DNA of 64,000 nucleotides from an uncultured Actinomycetes bacterium (GTDB lineage Bacteria; Actinomycetota; Acidimicrobiia; Spongiisociales; DATADW01): NCBI GenBank assembly GCA_963824995.1, contig CAWGRK010000014.1, positions 1 to 64,000 of the forward strand, read 5' to 3'. Shown piece by piece: positions 12,440 to 23,160 of this stretch (position 1 is its first letter; each line of letters starts with the position of its first letter). The notes under the pieces were generated by a model. It saw only the letters and a program-made list of their open reading frames with translations, ran no database searches and was not told where the DNA came from. The position numbers and the translations under genes were made by a program.

Positions 12440-13186
12440 ATGAGTCCCGAACAGCGACTGCATCGATCTGCGGCGTCTGATCGTCGAGCGGGGTGGCGTC
12501 CGCATCGATCGATCTGGCCATCGAGTTCGGGGTGAGCGAGATGACCATCCGGCGCGATCTGGCGGAATTGGAGGCACTCGGGTGCGGCACGCCGGGTTCG
12601 GGGTGGTGCCGTGGCCCTTGGGCCTGAGCCGTTCGTCCAGCGGCACCGGCACAACGCCAAGTCGAAGGCGCGTATCGCCGAGAAGCTGCTGCCGCTGCTG
12701 CCCGCGACCGGCACCGTGGCGCTCGATGCTTCGAGCACCGTCCACCGACTCGCCAGGAGCCTCGAGGGAGGGCGGGACCTGACAATGGTGACCAATGGCG
12801 TCGACACCTTCCAGGCGCTTACAGGGAAGCCCGGCATCGCGGCGACGATGACCGGCGGGACCGAGGAACCGCGCACCGGAAGCCTGGTCGGTGCGATGGC
12901 GGGTCCGCGTGGCGCGCTCGTTCCTGTACGACCTGTTGATTTGCTCGGGCGCCGCTCTGGCCCACGACGTCGGCTCGTCTGAGGCGAGCCTGGCCGAGTC
13001 GGAGGTGAAGCGGGCCTTCAGCGAGACAAGCTCGAGGTTGATCCTCGCCGTGGACCGCAGCAAGCTCGGCACCAGAGCGCCGGCGCGTATGTTCGAGCTC
13101 GAAGAGGTGGATCTCCTGGTCACCGAACTCGATCCCGGGACGATAGCCGGCTCGATCCGTTCCGGGAGTCGGTGGAGCTTTTGTGA
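12440..13186 (+). CDS. DeoR/GlpR family transcriptional regulator (probable rha regulator), several indels
   Basis: HTH 'LAIEFGVSEMTIRRDLAELE', then ALDASST, VTNG, LAVDRSKLG. Confidence 0.85.
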
Positions 13187-13198
13187 AGGAGGACCACA

Positions 13199-13519
13199 AT
13201 GCAGCGGGTCGGCTTTCGTGCTCCGGGTCCGTGAGGAACGACTCGATGAGTACCGCGCTGCGCACCAGGAGGTCTGGCCGGAGATGCTCGAGGCTCTGGG
13301 CCGGCACGGATGGCACAACTACAGCCTGTTCCTCCGCGACGACGGCACTCTCTTCGGCTACTTCGAGACACCGGTCTCGCTGGAGCAGGCCCTCGCCGGG
13401 ATGGCCTCGGAGGAGGTCAACACCCGCTGGCAGGAGGCGATGGCCGAGTACTTCGACAACGCCGGCGCCCTGCCGACACCGTCATGGAGGAGCTGATCGA
13501 GGTGTTCCACCTCGACTGA
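13199..13519 (+). CDS. rhaM: L-rhamnose mutarotase, indels
   Basis: AAGGAGG RBS; EYRAAHQEVWPEML, GWHNYSLFL, EVNTRWQ, EVFHLD. Confidence 0.9.
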
Positions 13520-13527
13520 GTTCGAGT

Positions 13528-13919
13528 TCACCCCTCGGGGAGCTGTTCCCCCGCCCACTCGGGTAGTTGCTGCACCGCCCAACGGTTTCCGTCGGGATCG
13601 GTGAAGAAGACGAAGCGGCCCCAGGGGAAATCGGAGATCTCGCTCACCTCGACACCCTTTCCGGCGAGATGGTCGCGCGCCGCCGCCACGTCGTCTACGA
13701 CCAGTTGCAGCCCGGGAACCGACCCGGGTGGAGCCTCGGAGAGCCCGGTCCCGAGGGAGATCGAGCATGCCGATCCAGGCGGCGTCAGTTGGACGAAGCG
13801 GATCCTCTCGTCGACCTGATGGTCGTAGTCCAGGTTGAAACCCACCGGTCGGTGTAGAACCCGATGGCACGATCGACGTCTGCAACCGGCACGGTGATCA
13901 GTTCGAGCTTCCAGTCCAT
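13528..13919 (-). CDS. VOC/glyoxalase family protein, one indel
   Basis: MDWKLELITVPVADVDRA..FY, RFVQLTPPGSACSI, FFTDPDGNRWAVQ; GGAGG RBS. Confidence 0.9.
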
Positions 13920-14020
13920 GAGTCCTCCCCTTCGTGCAGCGACAAGTGGGTCAAGGTAGCGACTCCATCGGGAAGTCCGTGGCGCTCTGACGTTGTGCTG
14001 GTCAATCGAGTTGGAGCCGA

Positions 14021-14513
14021 ATGCCCATCAACCGACTCAACCATGCCGTGCTCTATCGTGCGCGACGCCGATCGCAGCGCCGACTTCTACACCGAGGTCC
14101 TCGGGTTCCGCCGTCTGCCCTTCGACTTCCCAGGTGGCGTGTTCCTCCAGGCCGAGGGATCGACCAACGATCACGATCTCGGATTGTTCACCATCGGAGC
14201 GGCCGCAGGGGATTCGCCTGCGGGACGGAGCGCGGTCGGCCTCTACCACCTCGCCTGGGAGGTGGACACGCTCGGCGATCTCGCCGACCTGTCCGAGAAG
14301 TTGAGCAACGCCGGCGCATTGGTCGGAGCCACCGACCACGGCAGCACCAAGGCGCTGTACGGGCGTGATGTCGATGGGATCGAATTCGAGATCAGCTGGC
14401 TGGTGCCCGCCGAACTGCTCGAACCCGGCACGACCCCGGTTGCGCGGCAGGCTCGACCTCGACGCCGAGATCGATCGCTTCGGGGCAGACACGCTTGGAG
14501 GGTGTCGGAGTGA
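14021..14513 (+). CDS. VOC family protein (catechol dioxygenase-like fold), indels
   Basis: RLNHAVLYVRD, NDHDLGLF, GLYHLAWEV, DHGSTKALYG.D.DGIEFE. Confidence 0.88.
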
Positions 14514-14552
14514 GCCGACCTCTGGTCGGCTGATCACGCGCAAGAGAGCGCG

Positions 14553-14591
14553 AAAAACCGCTGCGCACGCTCGGGACGACATGTGCAGCGC
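14553..14591 (-). terminator. Putative intrinsic terminator for the minus-strand peptide transcript
   Basis: CGCUGCACAUG-UCG-ucc-CGA-G-CGUGCGCAGCG hairpin followed by GUUUUU. Confidence 0.5.
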
Positions 14592-14847
14592 GCAACGATT
14601 ACAGTTGTACCGACGGCCCGGTCGTATGCGACAGCTACCCGGGCTCCGGTCCCGAGGCGGCGGCGGTGGTGCTTGACCCCCTTGGCACTACCGCCGCCCA
14701 TCGGGGCTTCACTTCCCTAGCCGAGACCTCGGCTTCCTTTCTCGATATCGCCGGCGCACGGCACCCCCTCGAGAACGCTCCCGCCAAGGCCCCCTCGAAG
14801 TGAGTCCTCAGCCGTGCCCCGGTGATCGTTGCCGATCTACCTCCCCC

Positions 14848-14946
14848 TCAAGGGCGCATGTTGTCCAGCCCGGCCAGGGCCGGGGCGGCCGACGCCAACA
14901 GGGCGAAGACCGTCGTGACGAAAATGGCTATCCGACGGCGGGTCAT
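14848..14946 (-). CDS. Small secreted pre-peptide, 32 aa: MTRRRIAIFVTTVFALLASAAPALA|GLDNMRP
   Basis: Not in ORF track (too short). GGAGGT RBS 4 nt before ATG; 27 of 31 non-start codons end in G/C; basic n-region, hydrophobic h-region, P-A-L-A signal peptidase I site. Confidence 0.75.
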   Translation of the reverse strand: MTRRRIAIFVTTVFALLASAAPALAGLDNMRP

Positions 14947-14963
14947 CCACACCTCCTATATGC

Positions 14964-15001
14964 AATATGGTCGCCCAGGGGTGTCTCTCAGGTGTCTTTC
15001 C
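14964..15001 (-). promoter_or_regulatory. Direct-repeat activator site plus candidate -10 for the peptide gene
   Basis: AGACACC-N4-AGACACC (14997-14991, 14986-14980; 11-bp period), then CATATT 10 nt downstream (14969-14964). Confidence 0.55.
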
Positions 15002-15029
15002 TCTGAGACGACATGGGCCGACCTTCGGC

Positions 15030-18000
15030 TCAGCCGGTACGAGTGCCCCTGGTGCGCACCGGAAAGCCCTCGGTCCGCAGCATCTGAAGATCACGCTTCA
15101 CTGTCGCCGGGCTGACCGCGAGGGCGGCGGCGAGGTGGTCGATCGTGGGCAGTCCGCCCTGCTCCTCGGCCTGACCCAGCAGCCGGAGGAGCCGGGTGCG
15201 GCGCCGTGAACCGTCGCCACCCACCACCTCGTCTGGGGCGGTCTCCAACGTCCAGGTGATCTCGACAAGATCGGCCTCGGTCAGCGTCCTACCGACGGGT
15301 ACATCGTGTCGCGGCATGGCGAATGCCACCCGGCGGGGTGCGGTCTCTTCCCAGGCGTCGACGATGGCCCGGTGCTCGGGTACCGCGATGAGTGCTCTCT
15401 CCAGTTGAGCCGAGTCGAGGCCCTCGAGCACCTCCATCAGGCCGCGGTAGGCCTCGTCGATCAAACCGCGGCGACGTTCGTCGGGCCGGGCCATCGCCAT
15501 CACCGACGCATGGGCGTACGGGACGAGATACCCCTGCTCGACGCTGGGGCTGAGTCCCTGCATCGCCGCCGACGTCGCTTCCAATGCAGAATCCAAATCT
15601 CCCATGGCGGCGAGTGCCTTTCCACGTACTGCCATCAAACCCACCTCGACGTCCCGAAGGCCCAGCTGACGGCGAGGTGTTCTCGGCTTCCTCGATTCTC
15701 TCCAGGGCCGAACTGGTAGTCACCAACGTCGAGGTCGAGCAACGCAAGGCCCGCAGTAGCTGGACCTCGAGCCAGCGGCGTCCGCTCACCTCCGCCTTCT
15801 GCATCCCCGACTCGAGCAGCCTCCGAGCCCGTACGAGCTTGCCTCGGCGACGGGCGATGCCGCCCAATGACCTCGAGACACTGCGCCTGACCACGCTCGT
15901 CACCGATCTCCTCGAAGAAGACCAGGGCGGCGCCGGCCCAGTCGGCGGCTCGGTCATCGTCGCCGAGCAGTTGGTGGTACACCGAGGCTGCGTTTGCCCG
16001 GACCATCGCCTCGCCGCGCGCATTGCCGATGGCGCGGAAGACATCGAGCGCCTGCTCGTAACTTGCCACCGCCTCCCCTGTGCGCCCAGAGACGTAGTGA
16101 TGGTTGGCGAGGTTCACCAGGTTGACGCCCTCGCCGTACCGATAACCCATCTCCTGGCAGAGCGAGAGCGCATGTCGGTAGGACCGTTCCGCCGCCGAGG
16201 CGTCGCCACGTTCCATGTGGATCGAGGCGAGCACTCCGAGTGTTTCCGCTTGACCGCGCTGATCGTTGGCCTCGATACACAGGTGGAGGGCGACCTCGAG
16301 CTGATCGACGGCTTCGTCGTACTCCCCGTAGCTGAGTGCGGTTCCCAGCGCCAGGCGTGCTTCAGGTTCCTTGCTCGCATTGCCCGTGTACACCTCGAGG
16401 GCCGCTCGGAGGTGGGGGATGGCCTGGCGCACCTTGCCCGACCAGCTGAGCACTGCGCCGAGCGCGGCGAGGGCGCCACCCTCGGCCTCGGTGCCGGTGC
16501 CAGCGAGCTCCAGAGAGCGTCTGGCCGCCTGCTCTGCTTCGGTGAACCGGTCCGTGCTGGCGAGGAGCCAGGCGCGCCGCCGCTCCACCTCGCCCAACCG
16601 ATCGGACTGGTCCCCGGCCAGCACCGCCATGTCGGCGAGCACCGCGTCCTGCTCGTGACGACGGCCCAGCACGCCGAGGGTGGCCTCGTAGGCGCCGAAC
16701 AGCTCGAACCGCTGTTCGCCTGGAAGACCGGCGCTCTCGGCCAAACCCACGGCGGCGGCATAGTGACGGGCCGCGGTCTCGTACCCGAACAACCTCTCGG
16801 CTCGTCGTGCCGCCTCCCACGTCGCCGCGGCCGCCTTGTCGCTCACACCGCCCTCGGAGTAGTGATGAGCCAGTTCCTCACATCGATCGGGGTACTGCTG
16901 CTCGAGCACCTCGGCCACCCTGACGTGGAGAGAACGACGCCACTCCTCAGGTATCTCGCCGTAGACCACCCGCCGGACCGCGTCGTGGTGGAAGTCGTAA
17001 CCGTCGTGACCTCCGACGAGCAGGCCACCGCGCTCGGCCTCGTCTACCGCGGCCAGAAGGGCGGGATCGCGAGCCATCGGTGACTGCGAGCAGCGCCTGA
17101 AGGTCCACTTCGGTGGAATGGACGGCGACAGTCTCCAGCACGGATCGAACCTCTCCTCCGAGAGCGGCAATCCGGTCGGCAACGAGGTGGTAGATGCTGG
17201 CCGGAAGCGGGAGTTGGGATGTCTCCAACTCGGCGAGCGAGTGCCCCTCCTCGTGGAGGGCGCGAAGAGTCTCCAAGACGAATAGGGGAGTTCCGCTCGT
17301 CTCACGGTGGAGCCGGGTGACAAAACGGTTGGGTACCCGAGCAGTACCGAATCCGCGTCCTACCAGTTCGGCGGTGTCGAAAACCGACAGCGGTCCTAGC
17401 AATACCCGTCCTCGCCCCGCCTTGCGGTCGAGCTCGCGGATGGCGTCCCATACATCGGGACGTTGCCTCGCCTCGTCGTGCCGGTAGGTCACGCACAACA
17501 GCACCTGGCTCGTCGAGACACGGTCGGCGAGCAGAGTCAGGGCTCGCAGGGTGTCCTTGTCGGCCCATTGCAAGTCGTCGATGACGACGATGTGAGGAGC
17601 CAGGCGGCCGATGGCGAGCACCAGTTGGACCAGAGCCTCCTGCTTCCGCTCCTGTGCCTCTTTGCCCCACAGCGAGCCCGAGGGTGGCAGTGTCGATACC
17701 CAGCGTTCGAGCGACGGGATGAGCTCGGCGGATTCACGCAGCCAGACGCCATCGACCTGCTGGGCGAGCTGTTCGGTGCGGAGGACAGTGAGCCCTCCAG
17801 CGAGCGCGGCTGTGAGCGACTCGTACGGTCGGAGGGCGCCCAGTTGGTTGCAGGCGCCCCACAGCACGTCGAAGCCCCGCCATCGGGCGTCCTCGGTGAT
17901 CTCGCGGACGAGGCGCGTCTTGCCGATGCCGGCCTCGCCTTCGACAAGGACCACACCGCCGCGTGACGCCAGAGCACCCTCGAGGGCGTCTACGAGGATG

Positions 18001-18850
18001 GCGCGTTCCTCGGACCTCCCTACGAACGGCGCCTCGCCTCCCGGCTGGAACAGGGGGGGAGGTGGCTCGGACTCGAGGGGGCGGAGTCCGATCTGGCGGT
18101 AGCGGGCGATCTTGTCGTTGAGCGCGGTGGTGTCGGGGGAGGGCTCGGTACCGAGTTCCTCGGCCAGGACCGAGGCACAACGTTGGTATTGGGCCATTGC
18201 CTCGTTCACCCTGCCGAGCAGGAAACAGAGCCTCATCACTTCCTGGTGGGATGCCTCCCGCAGCGGATCGTGGTGGGTCAGCCGGCGGGCGTAGGTGAGT
18301 GCCTCTTCGTGGTTTCCATGAGCCTTCTCGAGTGAAACGAGTTGTTCGAGCGCGTTGAGGAAGAGTTGCTGATAACGGTCCTGTTCGAGGATCGACCCAC
18401 TCCTCGTAGAACCCAGGCAAGGAGATCACCGCGGTACAACTCAACGCAGTGACGAAGCCGCTCCAGGTCGGCCGCCGGAGCCCGCGCCGGGTCGGGTCTG
18501 CCGACCTCTTCGAGAGTTCGCTCGAACTCCTCCACATCGAGCCAATAGGGGGCACGGGGGGTGAAGGCGAGATCATCCGGTGTCACCGTCAAGAACCGCT
18601 GCGGGTCGCACACCTCCGACAAGGCGTCCTGCACCTGCCACAGCGTGTGGCTCAGCCGTCGCCGGGCTCGCCCTTCGGACAGTTCGGGCCAGAACATCCC
18701 GCCCAGGTAGTCCCGCATCTGGGGTCGGTTGCGGTTGATCACCAGATAGGCGAGCAGTGACCTGCCCAGCCGGGACGGAATCGGCGGGACCGGATGGTCG
18801 CCCCACTCGAGGAGGAACCCACCCAGCAGGTGGATCCGCAGCTCATCCAT
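15030..18850 (-). CDS. Large transcriptional regulator: SARP wHTH-BTAD + AAA ATPase + TPR array + C-terminal DUF1670-like HTH (about 1270 aa), several indels
   Basis: LRIHLLGGF, LLAYL, FWPELSEGRARRRL, LYRGDLL, ELGTEPSP (BTAD); FVGRSEE, GEAGIGKT, IDDLQWAD; TPR helices; QGGLPTIDHLAAALAVSPATVKRDL...VRTRG. Confidence 0.88.
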
Positions 18851-18900
18851 GACCGCGATGCTACGCCGACCCGGTGTTGCTCCCGGAAAGACCTAGTGAC

Positions 18901-19419
18901 TCACCACCGCTCGCGGTGGACGACTTCGTCGAAGGGTCGCCGCATCGGTTTCCCAATTGGGGATAGCGGACGGTCCGTCGGGGTAGCCCAGAGCCATCAT
19001 CCAGGCGACGAACCGATCGTCAGGGACACCGAGCAACTGCCTCGCCAGTTCCTGATCCCTGACCGAGGAGTGCCCGGTCCCGATCCCCAGGTCGGAAGCC
19101 GCCACCATGATCGACATCGTGACCTGGCCGAGGTCGTATTGGATCAGCGTCGCGGTTTCGGGCGTCATCGACTTCCGGCGCCACCAGATGATCGCTGCTT
19201 GACCGCGTGACATGTGCCCCGCTCGCCTGCCAGAGCCTCGGAAGCTCGGCGAGCACATCGGGCGTCGGTCACGACGATGAAGTCCCACTGCTGCTTGTTG
19301 CCCGCCGACGGGGTGCGTCGTGCCGCTTCGAGGATCCGGTCGAGATCGTCCGGCGAGATCGGTTGCTGTGAGAACTGACGAACGTTGCGGCGAGAGGTGA
19401 TCGCGTCCCAGGTTTCCAT
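18901..19419 (-). CDS. Nitroreductase family protein, indels
   Basis: AITSRRNVRQF, ILEAARRTPSAGNKQQWDF, DLGIGTGHS, LGYP, RRPFDEVVH. Confidence 0.9.
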
Positions 19420-19490
19420 CGATTCACCCTAAAGGGTTATGGCTTGTCGGTGTTGGGTTCTGGGTCAGGAAGATACCCAAGAAATCAAGG

Positions 19491-19627
19491 AAGACGGCAG
19501 ACGGAAGACGGAAGACGGTGCTCCCCGGCGGGGGAAGGGGGCTGGTTCACTCCCAAAGGTGTGAAAGCCGCCGGGTCGAACGAAGTTGGCGACTTCTGGT
19601 TGACCGCCGTCTGCCGTCTGCCGTCTC
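19491..19627. repeat. Composite intergenic element: (A/C)AGACGG x4 - 88-bp core - inverted CCGTCT(G/C) x3
   Basis: Heptamer arrays at 19491-19518 and 19607-19627 are reverse complements; core resembles 58224-58272 and 58424-58447. Confidence 0.75.
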
Positions 19628-19629
19628 TC

Positions 19630-21223
19630 CTAGTTCAGATACCCGCTCAGGTCGTCGAGAAGGTTGGAGGAAAACGAGCAGGCTGCGGAAGCGGACGAGG
19701 TCGTCGTGGAGGACCCTCTTGTTGTCGTACTGCTCGAAGTGCTCGTCGAGCACGGCGTGGACCCGGGCGGTGCCGGTGCCGAGGCCACTAGCGCCCCTGA
19801 AGGTGAGCGCTTGCATGGCGACGAGGACTTCGAGCGTGAGAATGTGCTTGGCGTTCTCGACGGCACTCAGCGCCTTGCGCGCCGCCACCGGGGACATGGG
19901 CACGACGTCCTGGTTGGCGGCGTTGGTCGAGATGCTCATCGTGCTGACCGGGTTGGCCAGTTGCCGGTTCTCGGCGGTGGTGGACGTGGCCAGGTATTGA
20001 GAGCCCATGAAACCCATGGTGAGTCCGACTGTGCCGGCGATGAGGAACTCGGGGAGACCCTGGTTGAGCTTCACGTCGAGGTACTTGGCGATGCGGCGCT
20101 CCGAAAGGTTGCACAGCGTGGATATGGCCACCGCCAGCATGTCGGACACGAAGCCGACGCTCTGGCCGTGGAAGTTCCCACCATGCACCACCTTGCGCTT
20201 TTCGGGGAAGACCAGGGGGTTGTCGTTGGTCGAGTTCGCTTCCACCTCGAGCACCCGCTGCGGCCTCTTCGATGGCCTCGACGACCGGCGCCAGGATCTG
20301 GGGCGTGCACCTGATCGAGTAGACGTCCTGGACGGTGAGGCTGGTCTCGAAGACCGGGCCAGTGGTCTCCTCCTGACGGATCAGCGAGTGGATCCCCTCG
20401 CGGCTGGTCACGTTGCTCGAGTCGCGGCACAGCAGTCGGATGGTGTCGGCTATCGTGCTGCTGGCCGCGGTGCGGCTTGACCCGGTGCAGGTCCTCGTCG
20501 AAAGCGTCGTCGAGACCGGCGAACACCTCGATCCCGAAAGCGCCCCGGTGACACACGCCAGATTGAGAAGGCGGCGGGCGTCGTGGACTGCGAAGGCGGC
20601 GATGGCGGTGGCGGCGGCGGTCCCGTTCATCATCGCCAGGCCTTCCTTGAAGGCGAGGCGCACCGGGGTGAGGCCCTCCTCGGCGAGCACCTCCTCGGCC
20701 CGGCCGAGACGTCCCTTGTAGAAGAATTGACCCTCGCCGATCACACCGAGCGCCAGGTGGGCGAGATGGGTGAGGTCACCGCTGGCACCGACGCTGCCGT
20801 TCTCCGGGATGTAGGGGGCGATGCCCCGGTTGATCATCTCAGCGAGGAAGTCGAGCAATTCGATTCGGACCCCGCTGTACCCCTTCGACCAGGGTGTTGA
20901 GCCGGACTGCGGTCACTGCCGTGGCGATCGCCGGATCGAGCGGGTCGCCAAGCCCGGAGGCATGGCTGCGGATGAGGTTGACCTGGAGCGCCTCGATCTC
21001 CTCATCGCTGATGATCTTGTTGCACATCGGGCCAAACGAGGTGTTGACGCCGTAGATCACCTTGCCGGCGGCGACCTCCTCCTCGAGGAAGCTGCGACTG
21101 GCGATACACCGTTCGATGGCGGTCGGGTCGAGCGTGACTGCCCGCTCTCCTCGCCCAATCGAGACGATCTCCTCGACGGTGAGGCTCGAACCGTCGAGCA
21201 CGACCGCTGTTCCTGGACTTCAC
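19630..21223 (-). CDS. Aromatic amino acid ammonia-lyase (HAL/PAL/TAL, MIO-dependent), indels
   Basis: IYGVNTSFG, NLIRSHASG, GSVGASGDL (ASG triad), KEGLAMMNGT, QDVYSIRC, DNPL, HGGNFHG, NQDVV. Confidence 0.92.
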
Positions 21224-21329
21224 CAACCGCCCTTTCGTTGATCGACCGCTGCCGGCAACGATAGCCAGCACACCGTCTTTGACCCGCGGTTCCCCGTGTG
21301 ATATCGGCCTGTGGAGCCGTTCGCTTGAC

Positions 21330-22418
21330 TCAGCGATGGGCCGTCGGGAGCGTGAAGCTCACCGTGGTGCCGCCCTCTGGAGCGGACATGGCCACGATCG
21401 ACCCGCCATGCGCTTCCACCAGGTCTCGGGCGATGGTCAGCCCGAGCCCCGTCCCGGTTGAGTCGGCCGACTTGACGAATCGGTCGAACACATGGGGAAG
21501 GACATCGGATGGGATTCCAGCCCCGTTGTCGGACACCGACACCCGGACCCCGTCCGGGGCGCTGGCCACCTCGACGCTGACCAGTCCCATGGGTGGAGTG
21601 TGGCGAAGCGCATTGACCACCAGATTGGCCACCACTTCCCGGATACGGACCGGATCGACTTCCAAATCAGGGAGTTCGGATGCGACCGTCACCGTCACCG
21701 TGACCCCGGCTTCCTCGGCCCCGGAAGGATGCGACGCACACCGCGTCAGCCACGAGTGCCCCGAGTTCCGCCGTTTCCGGGTGGAGCGACAATCGACCCG
21801 CCTCGGCCAGGGTGACGGTGCGCAGGTCGTCGAGCAGTCTGCTCAGGACACGGGTTTCGTCGAGCAGCCGGGACAGATGCTCCTCGTCCGCCGGATGGAC
21901 TCCATCGAGCATCGCCTCGACGCTTCCCTGGATGACGGTGAGGGGAGTCCGCAATTCGTGGCTGAGGTCGGCGAGCAGCCTCCGGCGTTGTTCGTCTGCA
22001 GCTTCGATCCGGTCCGCCATCCGGTTGAAGGCACCCATCACCTCGACGCAACTGTGGCGGACCGGCAGGCTCCACCCGCGCCCCGTACTCGCCATCGGCC
22101 AATCGTCCCGTGGCATCCATGAGGCTCCCCAAGGGCGCCCAGGTGCGACGGAACGCCGCGTCCTGCCACGAACAGGATCAGCAGAGTGATCGGGATGACG
22201 AACCAGGGGAAGAAGCAGCGTCCGTGCCGGCCCTCGCCATCGAAGTAGAAGTACCCGGCCACCGACCAGACGATGACGAGGGCCCCAAAGCCGATGAGGA
22301 CGATCCGGATGGTCCTTCGTCGCCATGCCCTCCACGCGTCGGGGCCGATGCCCCGCTGCGGTGGCCAACCTTCACCCTCGGGCCACCACGGCGGCGCCCT
22401 GTGGTGACGGTCAGGCAT
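21330..22418 (-). CDS. Two-component sensor histidine kinase (HAMP-HisKA-HATPase, BaeS-like), indels
   Basis: LADLSHELRTPL, NLVVNALRHT, DNGAGI, VFDRF, GTGLGL. Confidence 0.92.
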
Positions 22419-23095
22419 CGGTGAACCGGTAGCCCACGCCGTAGACGGTCTGGATGTAGCGGGGCTGGCGCGGGTCGGGCTCCAGCTTGCGCCGGATGTT
22501 CTTGATGTGGGCGTCGATCGCCCGCTCGTACGAGTCGAAGGCAACACCATGGACCGCGTCGAGCAGCTGTGACGCGGGTGAAGACCTGGCCCGGCCGGCG
22601 CAGCCATGGTGGCCAACAGGTCGAACTCGGTGGCCGTCAGGTCAACCGTCCGGCTCGCCGACCGTGACCCGCATCCGGGGAAGGTCGATCGTGACGTCGC
22701 CGACCCTGATCACCTCTGCCCCGGGGTGCTGCGCCTCGACCCTGCGGAGAACGGCGCGCACCCTCGCCACCAGTTCCTTGGGGCTGAACGGTTTGACGAC
22801 GTAGTCGTCGGCGCCCAGCTCGAGCCCAACCACTCGGTCGGTCTCTTCGCTCCTGGCGGTGAGCACGATGATCGGGATCGAGCTCGAGCGACGAAGATGG
22901 GTTGTCACGTCGAGCCCGCTCATCCCGGGGAGCCCGAGGTCGAGGATGACGAGGTCGGGCTTGGCCGACCGGACCGCCGCCAGCGCCCCTGGACCGTCGG
23001 ATGCGGTGAGTACCGCGATGCCGGCCCTGCTCGAGGTAGTCGCGCACCAACCGGGTGATTTTGAGTTCGTCGTCTACGACCAGGACGGTGGCCAT
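22411..23095 (-). CDS. OmpR-family response regulator, indels
   Basis: [57 protein letters not shown]. Confidence 0.92.
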
Positions 23096-23160
23096 GTCGT
23101 CATTCTCCCGATGTCGGAGCGCAAAGGGGCGGCCGGCGACGACCCGGCCGCCCCCTGCCG

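Noticed and set aside
14848..14946. Type I toxin interpretation of the small hydrophobic peptide
   Set aside because: It has a clear P-A-L-A signal peptidase site and a very short predicted 5' leader with an apparently unsequestered RBS; disfavoured but not formally excluded.
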